From NCBI GenBank assembly GCA_045602025.1, contig JAZSAT010000015.1, positions 109 to 64,108 on the forward strand: a stretch of 64,000 bases of DNA, in the 5' to 3' direction. The translations under genes were made by a program, and so were the position numbers. The DNA comes from Eubacteriales bacterium (lineage in GTDB: Bacteria > Bacillota > Clostridia > Oscillospirales > SIG627). Shown in pieces: positions 7,505 through 15,616 of the stretch (position 1 is the first letter of the stretch; each line of letters opens with the position of its first letter). The notes under the pieces are model-generated. The model was given only the letters and a program-made list of their open reading frames with translations, had not been told where the DNA came from and made no database searches.

Positions 7505-10500
7505 TTAATCGAAGAGTTCTACCTTGTCGCCGATCTCGCTTTCGTTTCCGGGATTGGCAGGGGTGATTACCTGATTAATATTATTGATATAATTGTGGGT
7601 TTTCTGAATGTAAATAAGAACTTGCTTTGCAAGCCTATTATCGGGCTCGTTGTTGATGATCATCTGTGCGATCCAATCTACCTGATCTGAAAGCTTTAAG
7701 CAAACCTTATCGTTCTTATCGTAGACGGTAATGCTCTTTTCGTTCTGCATCTTGGACACACTGATGAACAGATCGATGGAGAATTTGTAAATTTCGCCAT
7801 CGAAAACGGGATCGGAAATGTCACAAATACTCGTTACATCCTCACCATCAACAAGAACCTTGAGATCTTCTGCATCTTCTGCATTTTGTGCCTGGCCGTA
7901 AAGGCGAATGGCAATGGCGTCATTCATCAAAAGATTCTTTCCGGTAAAGGTGAGAAGTGCTCCGTCTTCTCCACGCTCTCCGCTGGGAGCAGGAGTGATC
8001 ACCTTGTAACCGAGGGTGTGCACATTGTTTTCACCGTTTGCGACTCTGCCAAGATCTGCAATGGACTGGAAGAGTGCTTTCTCATTGGGTCTTGTGGAGT
8101 TTAATACACCAAGCTCTGCAAGCTTTATAATCGTATTGTGCTCGGCTGCTTTAGAATCATACATCGCAGTTGCAATGACTTCGAATTCAGTATTAAAGTC
8201 GGAAAGGCCGATGCCGTTAAATACAAGTGCGTAGTAATTACCCTCCAAAACAAGATCGGAATAAGATCCGGAAGCGATTTCCTTCCCGTCGAGCTTAACC
8301 ACATAAGTGAAGCGTTCGGTAATATCTGCCTTGTTGTAGTAGAACTTAACGCCTACTCTGGTGTCGAGGATCAGCTTTGCACCAATAGGTGACATACTGT
8401 AACCTACGATGGAGTATCCGTTTTCGGTTACTTCTTTGTAAGAGCCTGCACTGCCGCTTCCGCTTGAGATAACCACAATTTCGGCTTCGGAAATATCATT
8501 TGCGAAGAAGTACTCGTGCTCATTCATCCAGCCTTCTTTTTGATCAATGTTGAAAGTGCCGGTTACTTTGTCAGCGGAAACAAAGGAATTCTTTCCGAGA
8601 ATAAGAGCACCTGTACCGCCCGCCGCATTTTCACAAGCGAGAGATCCGTAAATTGCGGGAGAACCGTTTGCGGTGGAAAGTGTAATGTCGGTACCGCTTG
8701 CGGTGCCGTAAAATTCACCGCCTGCAATGGTGGTGCTGTGGGAAGCGGTGCTTCCTGCTGCGTCACCGCTGAAAAATTCTTTTTCAAATACAGCACTGCT
8801 TCCTGCAGGAACTGTGGTTGTGATGGTGCCTGCAGTTGCATCGGTGCCGCCGCAGCCGGTCACAAACTTTTTGGTGATGGTACCGCCAAGAATGTTGCTT
8901 ATTGTGTTGCCGGTTACATTTCCTTTTTTGCCGGAGCCGTAGAAGGTAGCAATTTCGCCGCCCTTTACCGTGTTTGTAACAGTGCCGGGAATGGAGCCGC
9001 CGGCTTCGTTGCCTCCGTAGAAGGTAGTGATCAAACCACCGTTTACGGTAGTTTCTACGCTTGTGTTGATCTTGCCGGAGACGGTGCCTGCGTAGAGCGT
9101 AGTGATGGTACCATCGTTGATCGTGGAGGTGATCGCACCGTTTACCGTTCCGGTATTGGAAGCACCGTAGAAGGTGGTAATGTTGCCGCCGTTTACAATG
9201 TTTATGATCTTGCCGTTAACAGTGGCAGAAGCGGTACCGCCCATAAAGGAACCGATGGTCGTTCCCTTGCCGATGGTTGTTTGAATGGCAATGTTTTCGG
9301 TAGAATCGCTGTTCACCGCAGTTCCGTTAGAGCCAGCGTAGAAGGTATTGATGGAAGTATTTGAAAGATTGTTGGTAATGGTCTTAACCGCACCGCCGGT
9401 TCTGGAGCCTGCATAGAAGAAGTGGCTGGAGGCACCGGTAAAGTTGTTTACAATATTTTCTACAATGAAATCACTGGTGCTCATTGCCTTGAAGATTCTT
9501 GCACCGCCAAAGCCTGAATAAACATTTGCAGTTCCTGAGAAATTGTTTTCAACATCGCGGATCTTAATTGCGCCATTGCCGATAGATGCACCGATAAAAG
9601 CAAAGGTTGTAGTTTCAGCAGTTCCGCTTTCATCGGTCAAAATACCGCCCTGAACGGAAATGTTTGCATTTCCGCCGATATTGTTTGTAACCTTAGGAAT
9701 TACAACATCTTTGTTGTAGCCGGCAGAACCGCCTACAAAGCTTAGGAGGAAATTGCCTCCTGTTACGTTGTTTATAACTTCGCCGACGCTTGTCATACTG
9801 CCTGTAGTGTATACACCGATAAAGCCGCCCTTGAAGGTACCGCCTGTGATCGTGTTTACCGTACCAAGGGTACCTGCGCCGCCTGCGGTTGTGTGAACTG
9901 CAGTGCTACCGTTTGCTTCACCTAAGGTGCCGCCCAAAACATTCAGCTTGGAATAGCCGGTAAGGCTGTATTCGCCCTTTGCTGCGACAAGCTCTTTGAC
10001 AATAGAAGTATCTTTTGCATCTTTGCCGATCGTAATGGCAAGATCACCTGTGTGAGTGCTACCGTTAATACCGATCAGAGAAGTAACGGTTGCCCCACTT
10101 TTCACGATGACTTCGGATTCCTTGATGGAAACGTTGGAAGAGGTTCTTCCTTTTACATTGGCTACCGTACCGCCGTCAACGATTACTTTTGCGACGATCT
10201 TGGGAGAATTCGCGGTGGTTTCACCTCCCACTGCAGAAGCGGTGCCATTATAGGATGTGCCTTTTCCGAAGGTGACAGAGGTAACAGTACCGTCCGGGAT
10301 GCTTTCCCAGGCACCAAAGGCACCGGAGGAGGCAAAATCATCACCGTTGAAGGAGGTAGTAGTATTACCGAAGGTAACATTTTCAAATACTACTTCGCCG
10401 CTTCCTGCATAGAATGCGGAATTTGCTGCCGTGTTCAGAGTAAGATTTTTAAAAATATAACTGTTTCCGGAAGCTACCTTTGCAGCGGAAAGAGAAAGGG

Positions 10501-11908
10501 ACGCACCGCTTTGTCCTTCAATGATAATGGGAAGGCGGTCGCCATCGTTATTAAAGATGGTGCTTTCACCGAAGAGAAGGGAAGAGGTGTCTGTTGCCGC
10601 GCCGGTAAGAAGAACTCGGATTGCATCATCTGTCGCAAAAGAGCCGTTCTTTTTGGAATCAATGGCTTTTGCAATGGTCTTATAAGGAGCGTTTTTGCTG
10701 CCGGTTCCGGTAGAGTCGTTACCGGAAGAAGCATTTACATAAACATCTGTGGTGTTGTAGGTAAATACAACATTGAATTTGTAAACCTTAATAACACCGT
10801 TTTTCGCAGCAACCTTTACCGTGATCACATTGTCTTCATCGGGTAAGAGATCTTTGTTGCCGGAAATATAAGAAGTTGCATTTTCAGATACGGGAACAGG
10901 CTTCACATCAACCGATGTGGTTCCGTAAACGAGGTTCAGTGTATATTCCGTTTTTTCGGAAGAAAATTCTTCTGCCAAAGAGCCACTGCCGAAGGTGATG
11001 GAAGAAAGAAGTGCATTTGCATCTTCGGGGTTGGGTTCGTTGGTAAGATCTACCATAAAAGGAACTGTCTTGATTTTGCCGTCCGGCTGATTTTCTGCCT
11101 CTGCGGGCTCGGACATTGCACAGTGGAGAACACCGACCTGGGTGCTTCCGGAATAGAGATTAAGATCAAAGGAGAAATAACCGTAAGCGGGAACAGAGGC
11201 CGTGCTCTTTCCGCTGGCAAGGAGTGCATCCTCGAAGTCAAGCTCTACTTCGAAAATCGTAACAGGATCGCCTGCAGCATCCTCAGAAACCGATCCCCAA
11301 TAGGGAAGGGCGTAAGAAAGAGCCTTGTTATAACGGCGGGAAGCGGTGGTATTCGTGATGGTTCCGTCTTCGGCAACCTTTCGGCCGGAAACTGCGGTTA
11401 CCTGTGTGTCAAGCCATGTGCCGTCATCATATTTTGCGGAATTGGCATTGTTCATAATGAAGGTGGTCAATGCACCGGAGTTTTTGGTGTCGTTGTCACT
11501 TGCGTCTCCAAAGCCGAGGAAGGTAGTCAGACCGTAGTTGCCGGTGTGATTGCTTTCCTGAATGATAATGCCTGCATACAGGGCATCCTCATCGCGGGAA
11601 AGGTAAAGATCAATATAAGAAGGAAGGGTATAGTCCAAGGGATTGCCGTTCATATCCTCTGCCCAAAAGCCGTTGTTTTCTTTTGTCAAATGGTAAACGG
11701 GATTCTCGGTGCCGTATTCAAGCACATCGCTGCCATTCAATTTATGTCCGTTGATGATACCGTCTTGAACAGGGGGATGCTCTACCGATTTTGATAAAAT
11801 GGTGTTTTGATCGTAAGGAACATTTTCAGCGAAAGCAAATGCCGCAACTGAAAGGACAAGGAGAACGCTCAGCGTAAGAGCAATGATCGATTTTTTATTC
11901 AGTTTCAT
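7505..11908 (-). CDS. Secreted 1467-aa surface protein with four parts: N-terminal sugar-binding-like domain, cadherin-like beta-sandwich, long beta-solenoid, and a C-terminal module shared with the gene at 45311-48601
   Basis: Signal peptide ending AFA-EN. LSSITFGSGSLAEEFSSEKTEYTL...YKFNVVF resembles a cadherin-like beta-sandwich (about 10760-11017). NAPYKTIAKAID is a typical start of right-handed beta-helix proteins. This is followed by about 700 aa of G/T/N-rich ~25-aa repeats. No LPXTG, SLH or C-terminal TM. Confidence 0.85.
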   Translation of the reverse strand: MKLNKKSIIALTLSVLLVLSVAAFAFAENVPYDQNTILSKSVEHPPVQDGIINGHKLNGSDVLEYGTENPVYHLTKENNGFWAEDMNGNPLDYTLPSYIDLYLSRDEDALYAGIIIQESNHTGNYGLTTFLGFGDASDNDTKNSGALTTFIMNNANSAKYDDGTWLDTQVTAVSGRKVAEDGTITNTTASRRYNKALSYALPYWGSVSEDAAGDPVTIFEVELDFEDALLASGKSTASVPAYGYFSFDLNLYSGSTQVGVLHCAMSEPAEAENQPDGKIKTVPFMVDLTNEPNPEDANALLSSITFGSGSLAEEFSSEKTEYTLNLVYGTTSVDVKPVPVSENATSYISGNKDLLPDEDNVITVKVAAKNGVIKVYKFNVVFTYNTTDVYVNASSGNDSTGTGSKNAPYKTIAKAIDSKKNGSFATDDAIRVLLTGAATDTSSLLFGESTIFNNDGDRLPIIIEGQSGASLSLSAAKVASGNSYIFKNLTLNTAANSAFYAGSGEVVFENVTFGNTTTSFNGDDFASSGAFGAWESIPDGTVTSVTFGKGTSYNGTASAVGGETTANSPKIVAKVIVDGGTVANVKGRTSSNVSIKESEVIVKSGATVTSLIGINGSTHTGDLAITIGKDAKDTSIVKELVAAKGEYSLTGYSKLNVLGGTLGEANGSTAVHTTAGGAGTLGTVNTITGGTFKGGFIGVYTTGSMTSVGEVINNVTGGNFLLSFVGGSAGYNKDVVIPKVTNNIGGNANISVQGGILTDESGTAETTTFAFIGASIGNGAIKIRDVENNFSGTANVYSGFGGARIFKAMSTSDFIVENIVNNFTGASSHFFYAGSRTGGAVKTITNNLSNTSINTFYAGSNGTAVNSDSTENIAIQTTIGKGTTIGSFMGGTASATVNGKIINIVNGGNITTFYGASNTGTVNGAITSTINDGTITTLYAGTVSGKINTSVETTVNGGLITTFYGGNEAGGSIPGTVTNTVKGGEIATFYGSGKKGNVTGNTISNILGGTITKKFVTGCGGTDATAGTITTTVPAGSSAVFEKEFFSGDAAGSTASHSTTIAGGEFYGTASGTDITLSTANGSPAIYGSLACENAAGGTGALILGKNSFVSADKVTGTFNIDQKEGWMNEHEYFFANDISEAEIVVISSGSGSAGSYKEVTENGYSIVGYSMSPIGAKLILDTRVGVKFYYNKADITERFTYVVKLDGKEIASGSYSDLVLEGNYYALVFNGIGLSDFNTEFEVIATAMYDSKAAEHNTIIKLAELGVLNSTRPNEKALFQSIADLGRVANGENNVHTLGYKVITPAPSGERGEDGALLTFTGKNLLMNDAIAIRLYGQAQNAEDAEDLKVLVDGEDVTSICDISDPVFDGEIYKFSIDLFISVSKMQNEKSITVYDKNDKVCLKLSDQVDWIAQMIINNEPDNRLAKQVLIYIQKTHNYINNINQVITPANPGNESEIGDKVELFD

Positions 11909-11925
11909 TTTCTGTTCTCCTTTCT

Positions 11926-14013
11926 TTATTTAGCGTAGTTTGCGCCGTAAAGATCGGCAACTGCCTGATGTGCAGCTTCCTGCAGTGCGCTGATCTTTGC
12001 TTCGGAAATTGTGTATTCCGTAGGACGCCAGGTGTTGCCGAGACAGCTTCTGCCGGTAATGGTTTCATACCAGGTGCAGGCATTCAGATACTGACCGCCG
12101 CCGGTGGTACCGTCGTGGTAGTTGTCACCGCCGGTTCCTTTGTTACAAAGGGTGTCACCGATGAGGCTGTTTGCTCTTGCAAGAGCCCAGGCATTTCCGC
12201 TGGGAACCACGGGGAAGAAGTCATAGCCGGAAAGCTTCTTGGGAGGATTCATCATTTGGGAAATGGTGTAGATGGTCTTCTTGATGTTTTCGTGCTCTGC
12301 TGCCTGCTGTTCTGCGGAGGCCATGCTCCAAGAGCCGTTGACATAGCCTACCTGGAAGGACCAGGTCTGATGCATCAAAAGGGTTGCATTCGGCTCGGTT
12401 GCTTCCAAATAGCGGAAGATATTGGGAAGATAAGGAACAGATTCTTCCATGCACTTTTCATAAGAATTGGATTCGTTGATACCGTAGTGGTCCTGAACGC
12501 TGATAAAGTCCCATTCGGGTCTTTCCAGATTCTCTTTCCACGCAAGACAATCTTTCGTGTTCATATTGGTAGAAATGGTGGTACCGGCAGGGTTATCCAC
12601 ATGAGAAATGAAGGTCAGAACATTTTCACCCTCTTGCGTGTCGTTGTTGGTATAATCGTGGATCAGCCAGTTCCAGGTGTTCTTTGCAGGAACGCCGGAC
12701 CAATAGGTGTTGCAGATATTTAATTTGATTCCGTCTGCCGCAGCGATCTGGATCAGCTCGTCCAAATAGTAGTAGTTAAAGCTGCAGCCGATCATCAGAA
12801 CATTGTATTCTGCATCAAATTCCTTGTTCTGTGCGTCGTAGAAGTGGTTGGATACGGTAACATAATCGCCGTAAACCACGGTACCGTCGCTGTAAACAGC
12901 GTAGGGTCTCAAGGTAACGAAAGAGGAATCGGTGATCTGGAAGGTATAGGCTCCGCTTCCGTTCAGATTTGTGCCTTCATTGGTATAAGAAAGATTTGTC
13001 TTTCCTATATTCGCGGTTGCGCCCTTTAAAATACCCTTTGCTGTGATACCGCTGCCTTCTACGGCGTAGCTTGCAGTATAGGCGTAAGTGGTACCGCTGA
13101 CTTCTGCAGAAAGGGAAGTGATCTCAGGCTTTGCATAAGTCTTGGAAGGGGCCGTGCCCATCATATTGATTACATGAGGAATGATATTTCTGGTCGTTCC
13201 GTAATCAGCTTTAAATGCTTCACCGATGGTTTGTCCGGTAGGCAAAGCAAGGTCTTTGGAAAGACCGTAATGCCAGTAGCTGACACCGGAAGAACCATTG
13301 TAAAAACCTACGAAAGCATAAAGGTACAGTCTGTCCCCGTCGTTAAAGCTTACGGAAGAACGGGCGATTTTAATTTCGTAAGTCGTGTTGTTCTGATCAT
13401 AGGTTCCGGTAGAGTCTGTGGCACTGTCTGTTTTTGCAGAGCGCTCTGCATATACATAATCCGTACCGCTGCCGGAGCCGGTAGCACCGCCGGAGGCGGA
13501 AAGGAGCATCGAGTAGGATTTTGCACCGGAAAAGGGACTTTCACTGGTTTCACCGAAGTTCGTTCCCAAATACATTGCCAAAGCGTATTTGCTTGCAGAA
13601 TAGGTCCTGCTGATCAGATCATAGTAGAAGTAGAGGTACTCGTCGTCGTAAGTAGCATAAATATTAAGCTGCTTCGGGCGGTACTCTGTAGCAATGTCGG
13701 TGATAGCGGATCCGGCCGTGTCACCGGGAGCGGACACAAAGATGCCGTCGGATGCACCGCTGGACTGACCGAAGCTGTTAATGAGCACATAGGAATTCTT
13801 TTCCGCTGCGCTCATCGTACCGTCAACGGTTATTGTATTTGCGGTGGAATATACATCGGAGTGATCCTGTCCGAAAGCTTCCATCGCATAGGGGTAAGGT
13901 GCCGCCTTTGGATCTGCGCTTGCCGTGGTAGGGGTCAGCACAGAAAGAACGGGCAGAAGAATCGCAATGAGGCAGATGCCTGTTACGATCTTCCAGGTTG
14001 TTTTCTTGTTCAT
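11926..14013 (-). CDS. Secreted 695-aa protein: N-terminal beta-rich (CBM-like) region fused to a C-terminal DUF4886/SGNH domain (paralog 4)
   Basis: Signal peptide (TTASA-DP). The C-terminal ~300 aa (about 11929-12831) carry MIGCSFNYYY, EWDFISVQD, HQTWS, VVPSGNAW, DNYHDGTTGGGQYLNACTWYE and EAAHQAV. It lies 17 nt upstream of the 1467-aa gene, so the two are likely co-transcribed. Confidence 0.8.
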   Translation of the reverse strand: MNKKTTWKIVTGICLIAILLPVLSVLTPTTASADPKAAPYPYAMEAFGQDHSDVYSTANTITVDGTMSAAEKNSYVLINSFGQSSGASDGIFVSAPGDTAGSAITDIATEYRPKQLNIYATYDDEYLYFYYDLISRTYSASKYALAMYLGTNFGETSESPFSGAKSYSMLLSASGGATGSGSGTDYVYAERSAKTDSATDSTGTYDQNNTTYEIKIARSSVSFNDGDRLYLYAFVGFYNGSSGVSYWHYGLSKDLALPTGQTIGEAFKADYGTTRNIIPHVINMMGTAPSKTYAKPEITSLSAEVSGTTYAYTASYAVEGSGITAKGILKGATANIGKTNLSYTNEGTNLNGSGAYTFQITDSSFVTLRPYAVYSDGTVVYGDYVTVSNHFYDAQNKEFDAEYNVLMIGCSFNYYYLDELIQIAAADGIKLNICNTYWSGVPAKNTWNWLIHDYTNNDTQEGENVLTFISHVDNPAGTTISTNMNTKDCLAWKENLERPEWDFISVQDHYGINESNSYEKCMEESVPYLPNIFRYLEATEPNATLLMHQTWSFQVGYVNGSWSMASAEQQAAEHENIKKTIYTISQMMNPPKKLSGYDFFPVVPSGNAWALARANSLIGDTLCNKGTGGDNYHDGTTGGGQYLNACTWYETITGRSCLGNTWRPTEYTISEAKISALQEAAHQAVADLYGANYAK

Positions 14014-14151
14014 AGACTTCTTTCCTTTCTCGAAAAAGTAAGTATATAATTATACACATGTATTTTATCATATAGCGCGCGTGAAAACAATTGACATTTT
14101 CGCGAAAAAAAAGCCGATAAATTATGCAATATGTCAAGGGAAAAGCAAAGT

Positions 14152-14178
14152 AAAAAAACGGTGCCGATCCGGCACCGT
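14152..14178 (-). terminator. Terminator of nth
   Basis: ACGGTGCC-gatcc-GGCACCGT hairpin with a T-run on the minus strand, starting 2 nt after the nth stop. Confidence 0.75.
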
Positions 14179-14179
14179 T

Positions 14180-14842
14180 TCATTCGTTTTCAAATTGAAA
14201 GGGACAACTCTCGCATTTTGGGTTTTGTGCTTTGCAGTATTCTCTTCCGAGAAGTATGATCCGATGGCAAAAATCGGACTGCTCCTTCTTCGGAATGATC
14301 TTCTCTAAATCCTTTGTAACCCGGGCAGGGTTTTCACTGTCTGTCAGAGAAAACCTTCCCGCAAGGCGGATACAGTGGGTATCGGCAACGATGTGAGGGT
14401 CACCGAAAACATCTCCCATCATTAGATTCGCAATCTTTTCCCCAACACCGGGAAGAGAAAGAAGTGTCTCTTTATCCTCGGGTACTTTTCCGTCAAACTC
14501 TAATAAAAGAACTTGACTCATTTCCTTGATCTGACTGGCTTTTGTACGAAAAAGTCCGCAAGGACGCACCGCTTCCTCTAATTCGGGAAGCGAAGCGCAG
14601 GCAAATGCTTTTACATCCGGGTATTTCTTAAATAAGGAAACAGAAACCTCATTTACTCTTTTATCGGTGCACTGCGCGGAAAGCCGAGCCATTACAAGCA
14701 GCCGAAAGGGATCTCCCTGAAAATCCAAGGCACATTTTGCATCCGGATAGATTTCTTTTAATTTTTTGTGGATCTGTTCGGCTCGAAGCTTTTTGCTTTT
14801 TGAAAACCGATGCAGTAAAGGACACTTTTTTTGCGTCATCAT
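14180..14842 (-). CDS. nth: Endonuclease III (DNA-(apurinic or apyrimidinic site) lyase)
   Basis: HhH-GPD motif (LLSLPGVGEKIANLMMGDVFG), catalytic D, and a C-terminal CX6CX2CX5C 4Fe-4S cluster loop. The start is set at the ATG preceded by AAGGAGA; the ORF track extends to 14905. Confidence 0.9.
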   Translation of the reverse strand: MMTQKKCPLLHRFSKSKKLRAEQIHKKLKEIYPDAKCALDFQGDPFRLLVMARLSAQCTDKRVNEVSVSLFKKYPDVKAFACASLPELEEAVRPCGLFRTKASQIKEMSQVLLLEFDGKVPEDKETLLSLPGVGEKIANLMMGDVFGDPHIVADTHCIRLAGRFSLTDSENPARVTKDLEKIIPKKEQSDFCHRIILLGREYCKAQNPKCESCPFQFENE

Positions 14843-14991
14843 TTTTCTCCTTTTATCCGATAAAACCATTATAAAATGACAAAAAGAGAAAGTCAATATG
14901 ATCACAAAACTTGCTTTTTTTTACCGAACACTTGATTTTTTATGTAGATATGGAGTACAATATGCATATACAGTTTTTAGGAGGCACTGCT

Positions 14992-15549
14992 ATGAATCAG
15001 GTGATTGCGCTTGTCGGAATGTGCGGCAGCGGCAAAAGTGTTTGCTGTGAGGAATTTCAGAAAAGCGGCTGGGAGTATGTATACTTCGGCGGCGTTACTA
15101 TGAAAGAGCTTGAGAAAAGAGGCCTCGAGAGAAATGAGGTCAATGAGAGAGCTGTTCGGGAAGAGCTTAGAAAAACATACGGCCCAGCAGCCTTTGCGAT
15201 CCTTCTTCAGGATGAGATCAAAGAAAAACTTCAAAAAAGCAATGTTTGCCTTGACGGCCTTTATTCCTGGTCAGAGCTTAAGGTGCTGAGAGAAGCCCTT
15301 GGCGATCTTCTTACCGTTGTGGCGATTGTTACCGAAAGGAAAAAACGCTACGGCAGAATCGCTCAAAGAGTGATCCGCCCCCTGACTCCCGAGCAGGCGG
15401 AGAGCCGCGATGTAGCTGAGATTGAGAATATGGAAAAGGGCGGTCCCATTGCTATGGCGGATCTTTTCCTGTTTAACGACGGAGATATTGACGAATTTCG
15501 TGCAGCGACTCGCAGGATCATTGCCCGCGCCGAAAATGGCGAACTGTAA
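14992..15549 (+). CDS. P-loop nucleoside/nucleotide-kinase-like protein (dephospho-CoA kinase-like fold)
   Basis: ALVGMCGSGKS Walker A at the N-terminus, about 185 aa. The start at 14992 is preceded by AGGAGG. The exact substrate is not inferable. Confidence 0.5.
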   Translation: MNQVIALVGMCGSGKSVCCEEFQKSGWEYVYFGGVTMKELEKRGLERNEVNERAVREELRKTYGPAAFAILLQDEIKEKLQKSNVCLDGLYSWSELKVLREALGDLLTVVAIVTERKKRYGRIAQRVIRPLTPEQAESRDVAEIENMEKGGPIAMADLFLFNDGDIDEFRAATRRIIARAENGEL

Positions 15550-15616
15550 GCAGCTGTTTGTTGACAAATTGACTTCTTTGGTCTATAATTCTCCTTGGTT
15601 TGAAATTTGAAAAAGG

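Noticed and set aside
7505-11908. Standard Gram-positive anchoring signals (LPXTG sortase motif, SLH, choline or cell-wall-binding repeats, dockerin) in the two giant surface proteins.
   Set aside because: None of these motifs was found in either C-terminus. The proteins end in a shared acidic tail instead, as reported in the findings.
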